A stretch of DNA of 64,000 bases from the NCBI GenBank assembly GCA_963698225.1, contig CAVOPW010000014.1:78033-142032 (forward strand), given 5' to 3'. Of the stretch, positions 39,322 to 48,903 are shown piece after piece (the first letter of the stretch is position 1; each line of letters starts with the position of its first letter). The DNA is from an uncultured bacterium (GTDB lineage: Bacteria > Zixibacteria > MSB-5A5 > CAIYYT01). Both the position numbers and the translations under genes were made by a program. The notes below the pieces were generated by a model that was not told the DNA's origin, did not search any database, and saw only the letters and a list, made by a program, of their open reading frames with translations.

Positions 39322-40717
39322 TCAAGCACTATCTCCTTCGGGTGGTCGTATCATATTTTCCGGGGTCAATAGCCGGTCCAGTTGCTCGGTCGAAAGCAAC
39401 CCTCTCTCCAACACCAGATCATAAACACTGCGATTGGTCCGCAGCGCCTCCTTCGCCAGGTCCGTCGCTACCTCGTAACCCAGCACCGGATTGAGCGCCG
39501 TGACCAATCCAATCGAGTTCTGCACCATCCGGCGGCAGTTCTCGACATTGGCCGTAATACCGTCGATACAGCGGTGTCTCAGCGTGAACATGCCGTTTTT
39601 GAGAACTTCAATCGATTCGAAAATGCTGTGGGCAATAATCGGCTCCATGACATTCAGCTGCAATTGTCCCGCTTCAGCGGCCAGCGTGACCGTAAGATCG
39701 TTGCCGATAACCAGGAACGCGATCTGATTGACCACCTCGGGAATAACCGGATTCACTTTTCCCGGCATGATTGTCGATCCCGGCTGCATTGGCGGCAGGT
39801 TTATTTCATTGAGACCGGCCCGCGGACCGGATGACAAGAGGCGCAGGTCGTTTGCGATCTTTGACAGTTTGATTGCCAGACGCTTGATTGCCGAAGAGTA
39901 CATCACAAACGCGCCGGTATCCTGCGTCGCTTCGACAAGATTCTTCGCCAGCTTGATTTCGAGGCCGGTGATGTCCCGCAGGTGGGTAATTACCAATTTT
40001 GAATAGCGGGGATCGGCGTTGATGCCGGTGCCGATGGCCGTGCCACCCATGTTGACCTCGAGAAACAGGCGACACATTCTGTTCGAGCCGGTCGATCTCT
40101 TCCTCAAGCATCACCGCATACGCTTCAAATTCCTGACCCAATGTCATCGGCACTGCATCTTGCAGCTGCGTTCGACCCATCTTGATAACGGTCTTGAACT
40201 CCTCAGCTTTGGCATGGAACGACGATATCAATTGCTTCAGCACTGCGATAAGTTTGCCGTTGGCGCTGATCAGCGCGATTTTGAGCGCGGTCGGATAGGC
40301 ATCATTGGTCGATTGCGATAGATTGACATGGTTATTGGGGTGGCAGTATTTGTATTCGCCGCGCTCATACCCGAGAATCTCCAGCGCCCGGTTCGCTATC
40401 ACTTCGTTGGCATTCATGTTCGTCGATGTACCGGCACCGCCTTGAATCATGTCGACAACAAACTGCGTGTGCCAGCGGCCATTAGTGATTTCACTGCACG
40501 CCTGAACTATCGCTTCCCCTATTGGACGGGGCAGCAGATCCAATTCCATATTTGCCCGCGCCGCACCCATTTTGACCATAGCCAGCGACTTGATAAAATC
40601 GGGATAGTACGCCAGCGAGATGCCGCTGATATTGAAATTCTCCAGGGCGCGCATCGTCTGGATACCGTAGAGATATTCCGCAGGAACCTCGCGATCACCG
40701 AGCAGGTCGTGCTCCAT
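39322..40717 (-). CDS. aspA: Aspartate ammonia-lyase, split by a +1 frameshift near 40060-40080
   Basis: 'EHDLLGDREVPAEYLYGIQTMRALENF', 'GGAGTSTNMNANEVIANRALE', 'SQSTNDAYPTA', 'GRTQLQDAVPMTLGQEF' and 'GSSIMPGKVNP' (SS loop). Deleting one base of a T3/A3 run (40063-40065) gives '...RLEQNVSPVLEVNMGGTAIGTG'. Confidence 0.9.
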
Positions 40718-41196
40718 CGCGTCCGTCCGGACACATATTGAGCCGCAACGTTGACCACTCTGGTGCTCGCCTGACGCATCCGGCGCGAGATGACACGGGC
40801 AATTCGCGAGATGAGCTTAAAACCAATCGTCGGTCGCTCATTCGACAACTTATAGAAGCGTTCACGGCTGATCGTCAACAGCGTCGACCTGACCAGGGTA
40901 CGTGCTGATGTGTTGTGCGGATAATCTTCCATCAGGGCACCCTCGCCCAGAAAGTCGTACTTCGAAAATACGGTTAGCCGGGTTTCCTCATCATAGGGAG
41001 TTCGCTTGAATAACTCGACCTCGCCCTCAAAAATGATGAACAACCGCTCGCGGGTCGTATTTTCTTCAAATAGCAACTCCCCGCCGGCAAGGGTCAATAC
41101 TACGATTTCGGCAAGCAGCAGTTCGCGCTCAATGTCATCGAGGTCTTTGAATAGCTCGATATGACCCAGAAATTCTCTAATTATGGCCTGGTCCAT
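40519..41196 (-). CDS. Cyclic-nucleotide-binding (CAP_ED) domain protein; 3' end unreliable
   Basis: AAGGAG lies 7 nt upstream of the ATG at 41196. 'IELFKDLDDIERELLL...LFEE.....LFIIFEGEVELFK......E..L..F...DFLGEGAL......SARTL..S.LL.ISRE.F' fits the cNMP-binding fold pattern. Beyond ~aa 150 the frame runs 199 nt into aspA with R/W/S/C-rich, non-protein-like sequence. Confidence 0.6.
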   Translation of the reverse strand: MDQAIIREFLGHIELFKDLDDIERELLLAEIVVLTLAGGELLFEENTTRERLFIIFEGEVELFKRTPYDEETRLTVFSKYDFLGEGALMEDYPHNTSARTLVRSTLLTISRERFYKLSNERPTIGFKLISRIARVISRRMRQASTRVVNVAAQYVSGRTRWSTTCSVIARFLRNISTVSRRCAPWRISISAASRWRTIPILSSRWLWSKWVRRGQIWNWICCPVQ

Positions 41197-41334
41197 CTTT
41201 ACTCTCCTTGTGGCCGCCGTCAATATTGCGGTTCGGCAGCTTGTCGACCGGAAAGGTACTCCGAAGCCGGCCGGCGGCCAACGAAATTGTGTTTGCCGCC
41301 GCGCCAAAAGCGCACATATTGATATCGAGAATCT

Positions 41335-41967
41335 ATGCTTGAATGGCACCAATATCTTGAGATACTGACGGCAATCCTCGTTATTGTCGATCCCTTCGGG
41401 GCGATCCCGATATTTATCAGTATCACATCCGACGAAACGCCCAAACAGCGTGCCAACACTGCCCGGATCGCCTCGTTCACCTTGGCTGTCGTATTGATTG
41501 CTGCTGCCCTGGCCGGCGAACCGCTGCTGAAACTGCTCGGTATCCGTCTCGCTTCGTTTCAAGTCGGCGGCGGAATTCTGATCTTGCTAATGGCGCTTTC
41601 CATGCTCAATGCCAAGGTCAGTCCGGCAAAACAGACTCCGGAGGAAGAAATCGAAGCGGTCGCCAAAGAAAACGTCGCCGTCGTACCGCTCGCCATCCCC
41701 TTATTAGCCGGCCCGGCCGCCATCAGCACCGTAATCGTGTTTGCACATCGCAGCGATGACTGGTCGGCCAAAGGCTTCGTCATTTTTTCTGTTGTCCTTG
41801 TCGCTTTGCTGACATGGATATTATTGCGGCTCTCGATTCCTCTAAGTCACAAATTGGGGCGCACCGGTATCAACACCTTCACCCGTGCCATGGGAATGGT
41901 ACTTTCGGCAATCGCGATCGAGTTCATTGCCACTGGACTGCTACAGCTCTTCCCCGGATTGGGCTAG
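41335..41967 (+). CDS. MarC-family (UPF0056/NAAT) integral membrane protein
   Basis: 'LTAILVIVDPFGAIPIFISIT' N-terminal signature and six TM segments. Confidence 0.8.
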   Translation: MLEWHQYLEILTAILVIVDPFGAIPIFISITSDETPKQRANTARIASFTLAVVLIAAALAGEPLLKLLGIRLASFQVGGGILILLMALSMLNAKVSPAKQTPEEEIEAVAKENVAVVPLAIPLLAGPAAISTVIVFAHRSDDWSAKGFVIFSVVLVALLTWILLRLSIPLSHKLGRTGINTFTRAMGMVLSAIAIEFIATGLLQLFPGLG

Positions 41968-41989
41968 GCAAATTCCTCCACCAGAAGCA

Positions 41990-42017
41990 ATAAGACCCCG
42001 ACGAATCAGGGTCTTAT
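41990..42017. terminator. Intergenic hairpin between convergent genes
   Basis: 9-bp stem ATAAGACCC / GGGTCTTAT with a 10-nt loop and no strong T-tract on either strand. Confidence 0.3.
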
Positions 42018-42051
42018 CAAGACTAACCAATATTAGCAGTATTGAATTATC

Positions 42052-42597
42052 TTACGGCTTGCCGTTGATCGACATGAATAACACGATGTCGGTCACATCG
42101 ATATCAAACGGTGTTTCTGCCGCGATGAAGTAGTAGTGGAACTGCTCACCAAAGACGACTTTCTTGACCTCCTCGAAGTTCTGCAGATAGTCGTATGATT
42201 CCTGCCACTTGATGTTGCGCGTCTGACCCGCCGGTACAACGATGCCATCGAGCACCAGAATTCCGTTCGCCCGAATTGCCGCCTCGGTCGTGTAATCCTT
42301 GTCGTTGGGCGAGACATACAGCTGGCCGGAGGCAGGAGCATTGGAATTGTTCTTAATCCGGCAGGCAAAGCCAAGATCGTCGATCCCGATGATATCTGCC
42401 TTGTGTTCCTGCCAATCGCTGTTGTCCTCGAGATTGATATCGCCGGAAGTGATCGTCTGTCCCGATTGTGCGCTTAAATCATCCAGATACTCAACGACCA
42501 TCACATTGCCGGTAGTGATGCAGCTCGCCCCCATCGCAAAAAACGCTATCAGTGCGACAGCCAGTGTCCTAAGTCCTATTAGCATTATGTTTTTCAT
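42052..42597 (-). CDS. Hypothetical lipoprotein
   Basis: Signal peptide with a lipobox-like 'FFAMGASC'. No recognisable domain. The gene lies 6 nt downstream of the beta-barrel gene. Confidence 0.5.
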   Translation of the reverse strand: MKNIMLIGLRTLAVALIAFFAMGASCITTGNVMVVEYLDDLSAQSGQTITSGDINLEDNSDWQEHKADIIGIDDLGFACRIKNNSNAPASGQLYVSPNDKDYTTEAAIRANGILVLDGIVVPAGQTRNIKWQESYDYLQNFEEVKKVVFGEQFHYYFIAAETPFDIDVTDIVLFMSINGKP

Positions 42598-42603
42598 TGT
42601 CGC

Positions 42604-43195
42604 TTACTCCGTGAAACCAAAGTAATAGTTGAGTCCGACCGTAACCAGACCATTCTTGCGGGATCCTTTGTCATCGCTATTCGGATTGGAATCATCCTTG
42701 TATGGAAAAATGAATGCCTTGCCGCGAATATCAAGTGAGATCTGATCGGTGAAGCCGTACTCGAATCCCAGTCCAAACCAATATGTCCCCTTGGTCAGGT
42801 CGGGAATTCCTTTCTTTTCAAATTTCGAGGATGAGAGCCCCAGAATACCGTAGACGCCAAAACCCTTGTAGCCCATGATACCCCCGAAAACCAGATCGAC
42901 GCCGAAACTCGTGTACTTGCCGCCTTCATGCGTCATGGTCTCGTTCCATCCGCCTTCAACATCATATTCGGCATCGCCATTCTTCGGCGAAAAGGATATT
43001 CGGCTCAATGGCGAGCGAGCCCATGAGCGGAATCCTTGCCTTGGCCCCGAACGCGGTGCCGGACTTGGTGTCCTCTTGAGCAACTGGCATGTTTAGACCA
43101 CCAAATCCGCCGACCGAGAAACGAAAGGCGTAGCCGGACGTGCTCAACATCATCACACACATCAACGCTACCAACACCTTAGCCTTTAGGTTCAT
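42604..43195 (-). CDS. Small outer-membrane beta-barrel protein (OmpW/OMP_b-brl-like), split by a +1 frameshift at T4 run (plus-strand A4 42990-42993)
   Basis: GGAGG RBS and the ATG at 43195. Signal peptide 'MNLKAKVLVALMCVMMLSTSGYA'. Alternating beta-strand pattern and a C-terminal '...GLVTVGLNYYFGFTE' (terminal aromatic motif). Deleting one T gives continuous '...SLAIEPNILSPKNGDAEYDVEGGW'. Confidence 0.65.
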
Positions 43196-43386
43196 CTTAC
43201 CTCCAATTGGTTTGAAACCTTCGACTCCCATACTTGTAGACTGTTGATAGAAAATAGGGACGAAAATCGTCCCCGTCAACAAAAATCGTGGACAAGTTGT
43301 CCTGAAACTTGTTGCGCTCAAGACTGCGTTTCTATAGAATCACCGTAGATGGCTAATTACTTTGACGAACCCAAGGAGTACCTCTG

Positions 43387-44154
43387 ATGAAGAAAATTTT
43401 TGCCTTAATCCTCGCCCTCATGATCGCTTCAGCGATTCCGGCTATGGCCGAGATGACCGGCGACGAAATCATCGCCAAGCATATCGAAGCCTATGGCGGC
43501 GCAAAAGCAATGAGTGAAGTGAAGACCATGACCATGAAGGGCAGCATGTTCGCTCAGGGTATGCCGCTTGACCTCGCAGCGTTTATGATCCTCCCCAACA
43601 AGAGCTATATGCAAGTTTCGACCAATAACATGGTCCTGTACGCCGGCGGCGCCAACGGCAAGGAAGCCTGGGCCACGCAGATGGGCGAAAGCTATATTCT
43701 TGAGGGCAAGGAAAAGGCCGACCTGGAAACCCAGGCTCAACAGTTCCCACTGTTGGATTATAAGAAGAAGGGCGGTACCGCCAAGTATCTTGGCGAAGAT
43801 CTGGTCAAGGGCGCCAAGGCCTATAAGGTCGAATATGTGTCGGCAAGTCATGACACGACTACCTATTTCTTCGATGCAACCACGTTTTACATTGTTCGCG
43901 AAAAAAGCGCTCGGTCGAACACCAGTTTTTCAAATCACAAGGCTGTCAATGGTATAGTCTTCCCGTTCAAGATCAACTCACAGGTTGAAATGGGCGGGCA
44001 ATCAGCCCAGCAGATGCTTACAATTGATTCAATCGGAATCAATGTACCGGTTGCCGATTCGTTGTTTGTCATGCCCAAGGGTGCCAAGCCAATGCCGAAG
44101 GCCCCGGCTCCCGCAGATACCGGCGGAGCACCGGCCGAGGGTTCCGGCAAGTAG
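43387..44154 (+). CDS. Secreted LolA-like / outer-membrane lipoprotein-sorting-like protein (hypothetical)
   Basis: Signal peptide 'MKKIFALILALMIASAIPAMA'. 'GDEIIAKHIEAYGGAKAM..VKTMTMKGSM' and 'YKVEYV......TYFFDATTFYIVREK' resemble LolA-fold DUF families. The C-terminal tail is P/A/G-rich. Confidence 0.45.
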   Translation: MKKIFALILALMIASAIPAMAEMTGDEIIAKHIEAYGGAKAMSEVKTMTMKGSMFAQGMPLDLAAFMILPNKSYMQVSTNNMVLYAGGANGKEAWATQMGESYILEGKEKADLETQAQQFPLLDYKKKGGTAKYLGEDLVKGAKAYKVEYVSASHDTTTYFFDATTFYIVREKSARSNTSFSNHKAVNGIVFPFKINSQVEMGGQSAQQMLTIDSIGINVPVADSLFVMPKGAKPMPKAPAPADTGGAPAEGSGK

Positions 44155-44190
44155 TCTGCCAAACACCTGACCATTCTGGATTTAATTGCG

Positions 44191-44221
44191 GGACCGCCTG
44201 CTGTGCAGGCGGTCTTTCTTT
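44191..44221 (+). terminator. Rho-independent terminator
   Basis: 10-bp stem GACCGCCTGC / GCAGGCGGTC with a 3-nt loop, followed by TTTCTTTTG. Confidence 0.75.
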
Positions 44222-44392
44222 TGCTCTATTCCGAAATAAAAAGACTCTGCAATAATTATCAAAATTGCTCCACGATACGTACATTTCTTGTTAACTCAAA
44301 TATCGAGGGCCTGATGGCTGTCCGGTTTAGGATCGGTCCCAGCAGGAAGGTCAACGCAATATTACTTCACAGCCGTCTCCTGGAGGATTCTG

Positions 44393-45905
44393 ATGCCGTT
44401 TCGAAATCTGCTTACGTTCACATCTTCTTGCGCTATTGACATTCCTGTTTCTGGGCTCGACTCGGCTGACCGCACAGACGCCGATTCGCGCTGACTTGAT
44501 CGTTAGCGGACTCTCGCGTCCTGTCTTCGCAACATCGCCAACTGGTGATTTTGGACGACTCTTCATCGCCGAGCAACGCGGCTCGGCGGGTACGGCCAAT
44601 CGCGCCGATATCCGCATCATGGATCTGAACACACAATTGATGCGCGCCAAGCCGTTCTTAACGATCAGTCCGGTACGAACCTCCAGTGAAGAAGGGTTGC
44701 TCGGTTTGGCGTTTCATCCCGATTATGCGAACAACGGCTATTTTTTCACCTACCACACCAATACCAGCGGTGATAACGTAGTCACCCGCTGGCAGGTATC
44801 AGGCACCAACCCGGACAGCGCCAATCCCGCGAGTGCTTCAGTCGTGTTGACTCTGAATCACCCGGTTGAGACGAATCACAACGGCGGCTGGATCGGATTC
44901 GGTCCGGATGGCTACCTCTACATCGCCGTGGGCGACGGCGGTGGCGGCGGCGATCCAAACAACAACGGGCAGACTCTCACTTCCCTGCTTGGCAAGATGC
45001 TGCGAATCGATGTCGACTCGGGTACACCTTACGGCATCCCCCCAACCAACCCTTTTGTCGGCGGCCCGCAGAGAGAAGAAATTTACTACTGGGGATTGCG
45101 CAACCCCTGGCGAAACAGCTTTGATCGTTTGACCGGTGATTTCTTCATCGCCGATGTTGGGCAATCACAGTACGAAGAGATTAACTGGCGACCTGCCGGT
45201 GATTCCGGAAATGTGAATTTCGGCTGGCGGCTGCGCGAAGGCGCACACTGTTACAATCCGTCGGTAAATTGCGATCCGCTGGGAATTACTACCGATCCAA
45301 TCCATGAATACACGCATAGCTTCGGCTGTTCGGTAACTGGTGGTTACAGCTACAGCGGCTGTGCCATCCCCGATCTTCAAGGCACTTACTTCTTCGGCGA
45401 CTATTGCGATGGCACGGTGTGGTCTTTCAAGTACGATGGAGTCACAAAGACTGACTTCCAGGACCGAACTGCCGAACTCGGGCTTAGCGGTATCTCATCA
45501 CTGTTCTCATTTGGCGAGGACAACTACGGCGAGATCTACCTCCTGTATCAGAGTGGGCAGATCCGCAAAATTGTCCCGGACCTCACGATCACTGATTGCA
45601 ACGGCAATGAAATCCCCGATAGCTGCGAAATCGCACTCGGGGTCGTCCCGGATCTCAACTTAAACGGTGTCCCTGATAGTTGCGATCCGCCCGGATATAT
45701 CTGCGGTGATGCGGACGCCAGCGGTACCGTCACGATCTCCGATGCGGTCTTCTTGATAAACTATATCTTTGCCGGCGGCCCCGCTCCGAATCCGCTTCAA
45801 TCCGGCGACGCCGATTGCAGCGGTTCGCTGACCATATCGGACGCGGTATTGTTGATTAACTACATCTTTGCCGGCGGAGTGGCCCCTTGTTCGTCTTGCC
45901 CTTAG
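44393..45905 (+). CDS. PQQ-dependent sugar (glucose/sorbosone) dehydrogenase-like beta-propeller with two C-terminal dockerin-type repeats; probable +1 frameshift in the signal-peptide codons (44396-44436)
   Basis: 'EGLLGLAFHPDYANNGYFFTYHT', 'NHNGGWIGFGPDGYLYIAVGDGG' and 'WGLRNPWR.SFD..TGDFFIADVGQ...EEIN' are GSDH family motifs. The C-terminus carries 'CGDADASGTVTISDAVFLINYIFAGG' and 'SGDADCSGSLTISDAVLLINYIFAGG'. GGAGG lies 6 nt upstream of the ATG at 44393, which is in the +1-shifted frame. Removing one base (e.g. from TTT 44399-44401) yields the signal peptide 'MPFEICLRSHLLALLTFLFLGSTRLTAQ'. Confidence 0.75.
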
Positions 45906-45932
45906 GACTCTGGTGATCTCGATAATAGTTGA

Positions 45933-45967
45933 GGCAGAGGTCGGAAAAACGGCCTCTGCCTTTTTTC
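45933..45967 (+). terminator. Rho-independent terminator (possibly bidirectional)
   Basis: Stem GGCAGAGGTCG / CGGCCTCTGCC (one G.U pair) with loop GAAAAA, followed by TTTTTTCT. An A-tract lies on the other side, facing the end of the flippase gene. Confidence 0.75.
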
Positions 45968-45976
45968 TGAAGCGCA

Positions 45977-47278
45977 CTAACGGGCGGCATCCGTAAATTC
46001 AATCTGACGGAAGTGATTCCTGAGCACAACTCTCGTCATCAGCACAACGATAATCAGGATTACCAGATACGATACCACCTGGGCGAATGCTGCGCCCTGC
46101 AAGCCGCTTTGCAGAATGAAAGTGTAGCTCAATGCGGTCGAGATCACCAGAGAGACAAGCACGCTGTAGAAACTGAATTTCATCTTGCCGATGCCGAGAA
46201 TGGCGACACCCGGAAGAGCATAACAGCTCCAGAGAAAGTACTTGATGGCCAGAATCCGAAAATACTCGCCGGCCGGCGCATAACTCTCACCGTAAAGCAT
46301 AACGATTAGCGACGGCACGACCAGCACTGCGGCTATTGTCAGTCCCAGAGCAAGCGCCACCAGCATTTTCTGATACTTCTTTAGTACTCTCATAAACTGT
46401 GACTTGTCATTGCTGTATTCAGAAAAATACGGCGTGGCGATGGCCTGCACGGTCGTCGTAACCTGATTGAGGCCGAGTACGAAAATTGTGGCTATGCTGT
46501 AATACCCCAGCCCGACGCGATCTTCAATTAAGTAATTGAGCATCAAGATATCGAGATAGCTGATTATGGCGGCCGCCAGATTCCCCGCCAGGCTCCAGCG
46601 CGCATAATGCCAGATTTCCGGATGCTTCGCCGTTGCGACAGCCTTCAATCCAGTCAGGTCGCTGCGAACTATTTTGATCAGAGGCATAAGAGCCGCGAAT
46701 GCGACGATTGTGCTGGCGACGACGAATCCGCCGAATCCGTATAGATAGGCGGACAAAACGACAACTGTCAGTCCACCCACGCGAATCACCGTCTGCATGA
46801 CTGCCATCAGTTTGATTCGCTTCCGCGCCTGGAGATACATCATGAGAATCGAGCCTAATGCCGTCGCCGGAACGGAAAACATGAACAGATACATCCAGCG
46901 ATTCACCGTTGGCGCCGGCGAGAAGAAGCCAAACTTGGCGGCGATAGCCATTGCCATGAGAACCAACACAATCGGCAAGAAGGTGTATCGCAGACTTTGC
47001 CATAGTATCTCCGCCCGCCCGGCATCAGTTCGCTGTTCCGAGCACATCTTGAGCACCGCCGTGTTCAGCCCGAAACCGGCGATGACCACAGCGATCCCGA
47101 CAAACGACTGCATGGTTTTGATGTCCGCCATTTCGGCCGGCGAAAGGAACTTAATTACCAGAAGCTGCGAACCGAACGCCAGAAGGCCAATCGCCAGATT
47201 GGCCGTCAAGAGATGAAAAAAGCCCTTCGCGGAAGCGTTTCGAAATGCGGATTTGATTGTCTCCGAAACCGACACCAT
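45977..47278 (-). CDS. MOP-superfamily polysaccharide/oligosaccharide flippase (Wzx-like)
   Basis: 433 aa with ~12 TM helices. N-terminal 'FFHLLTANLAIGLLAFGSQLLVIKFLSPAEMADIK' is typical of polysaccharide-biosynthesis flippases. Confidence 0.75.
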   Translation of the reverse strand: MVSVSETIKSAFRNASAKGFFHLLTANLAIGLLAFGSQLLVIKFLSPAEMADIKTMQSFVGIAVVIAGFGLNTAVLKMCSEQRTDAGRAEILWQSLRYTFLPIVLVLMAMAIAAKFGFFSPAPTVNRWMYLFMFSVPATALGSILMMYLQARKRIKLMAVMQTVIRVGGLTVVVLSAYLYGFGGFVVASTIVAFAALMPLIKIVRSDLTGLKAVATAKHPEIWHYARWSLAGNLAAAIISYLDILMLNYLIEDRVGLGYYSIATIFVLGLNQVTTTVQAIATPYFSEYSNDKSQFMRVLKKYQKMLVALALGLTIAAVLVVPSLIVMLYGESYAPAGEYFRILAIKYFLWSCYALPGVAILGIGKMKFSFYSVLVSLVISTALSYTFILQSGLQGAAFAQVVSYLVILIIVVLMTRVVLRNHFRQIEFTDAAR

Positions 47279-48393
47279 TAGAGCGTTCCGTTTCCGGAGA
47301 TCGCAAGTTTCGACGTGCCAGCAAGTTTGTGATAGAGCTCAATCAACTGCCCGGCGTTATCGGGTAGCTTCAAATCGACCAACTTCTTGCGATTGATGGC
47401 CAATTCACCAAGCACCGTCTTGCAGACCGCCGAGAGACTATCTGAACTGCGGTCGACAAAAAGGTGTGCTGCGGCGTTTCTGATCACGCAGTCGCTGGCA
47501 ATCGCCGGTGTCCCGCACGCGAGCGCTTCCAATACGGTCAGCGAATCGCCGGCGTCGGTATTGGTGGCCCGAATGACAATGTCGGCGTTCTGCCAGAGCA
47601 CCGCCGTCTCCGCCAATGGCTCACAATAAAAGATGCAGCGCTCTGTTAAGTTAAGTTCCGCCACCCGGGCACGAAGACGGTCCAAGTATCCGGTATCTCC
47701 GGCATCCGGGAGCAGTACCACGGCCGCTACATCCAGCCTGGACTCGTTTACCAATCGCCCGGTCGCTTCGACAACCAGATCAATACCATAGAGATCTTCG
47801 CCGCGGTGAAATGCCAATCGAAAGGCATTTGTGGCAAGCAAGTACTGATGTTTCTTGCGTAGCGCCGAAATCGTTGCCGGAAGATTCTGACCGGTTAAAT
47901 CGACGGGGGCAGGCGGAATGAAGGGCGCAATTGTCCGTAGTTTCTGCGCCGGCATGCCGACCTTCAGTGCCCGCTCCCGGGACGATTCACTGTGGACGAT
48001 AATTGCCGCGAGTGAATCAAAGAGTCGCACCAGAAGCCGCTGTTCGAGTGGCGAATACTTCTGCAGGTCGGCGTCGAATCGCTCATTGTGAAGCGAAAGC
48101 ACGGTCAGGTGCCGGGTGCTCAAGAGAGCATAGAGGTAGAGATTTCGCACAGAGAAATTGTGGAAATGGACGATACCGGGCTCGCAGCGCAGCAAATGGA
48201 GAAACGCCCTACGCCAGCCGAGCGACCGCACGCCGGGCGCGGACTTGGGAATAGCGCTGATGTCAATTAGCTCGCACCACAATCCATCAGAGGCTAGCCG
48301 CGCCATCAGCCTCTTGGTATGTACCGACACGCCGCCGAAAGGCGGCGGTACGGCACCAACCTGGATAATTTTGAGCGGAGTACCGGCGTTCAT
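47278..48393 (-). CDS. GT-B fold glycosyltransferase (GT4-like)
   Basis: 'IIQVGAVPPPFGGVSVHTKRL' N-terminal motif and a C-terminal 'GDSLTVLEALACGTPAIASD' (E-x7-E region). The stop overlaps the flippase start. Confidence 0.75.
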   Translation of the reverse strand: MNAGTPLKIIQVGAVPPPFGGVSVHTKRLMARLASDGLWCELIDISAIPKSAPGVRSLGWRRAFLHLLRCEPGIVHFHNFSVRNLYLYALLSTRHLTVLSLHNERFDADLQKYSPLEQRLLVRLFDSLAAIIVHSESSRERALKVGMPAQKLRTIAPFIPPAPVDLTGQNLPATISALRKKHQYLLATNAFRLAFHRGEDLYGIDLVVEATGRLVNESRLDVAAVVLLPDAGDTGYLDRLRARVAELNLTERCIFYCEPLAETAVLWQNADIVIRATNTDAGDSLTVLEALACGTPAIASDCVIRNAAAHLFVDRSSDSLSAVCKTVLGELAINRKKLVDLKLPDNAGQLIELYHKLAGTSKLAISGNGTL

Positions 48394-48445
48394 CTCGCTG
48401 GCATGATGCGATATTGAGACAAGTTTCGCGACAGAAAATCAAGTG

Positions 48446-48841
48446 CTACAGCTTGGCGGCAACTTGCTGGAGCAGATCGCGGACCCGTTGTGCCTGTTGT
48501 GTCAGTTCCTTGTTGCCGGTCAAACTCAGCGCCGCCAGCGGATCCATGAACGACACGTTAGTGCCGCCCTTATCATTTTCGTAAACGATAACATTGCAGG
48601 GCAGTAAGGAGCCGATCTCCAGTTCGAGCTTGAAAGCTTCATGGGCTATCTTGGGATTGCATGCACCGAGAATGACATAGGGCCGAAATTCAGCATCGAG
48701 CTTCTTCTTCATCGTGGCTCTGACATCGATCTCGGTCAAAATGCCGAATCCGACTTCTCTTAAGAGTTCCTCGACGAGTTGCCGTGCCTCCGCAAATGAT
48801 TTGGTCGTCTCAACACCGAAAGTGTAGCTGGTCGTATACAT
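48446..48841 (-). CDS. DUF302 domain protein
   Basis: 'FGILTEIDVRATMKKKLDAEFRPYVILGACNP..A..A........G.LLPCNV.VYE' is the characteristic DUF302 pattern. Confidence 0.7.
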   Translation of the reverse strand: MYTTSYTFGVETTKSFAEARQLVEELLREVGFGILTEIDVRATMKKKLDAEFRPYVILGACNPKIAHEAFKLELEIGSLLPCNVIVYENDKGGTNVSFMDPLAALSLTGNKELTQQAQRVRDLLQQVAAKL

Positions 48842-48903
48842 GGGGTTTCCCTCTAATTAATTAGGATGTACGGCGGGTCGGAATTCTGAACCGCCGTAAG
48901 AGC

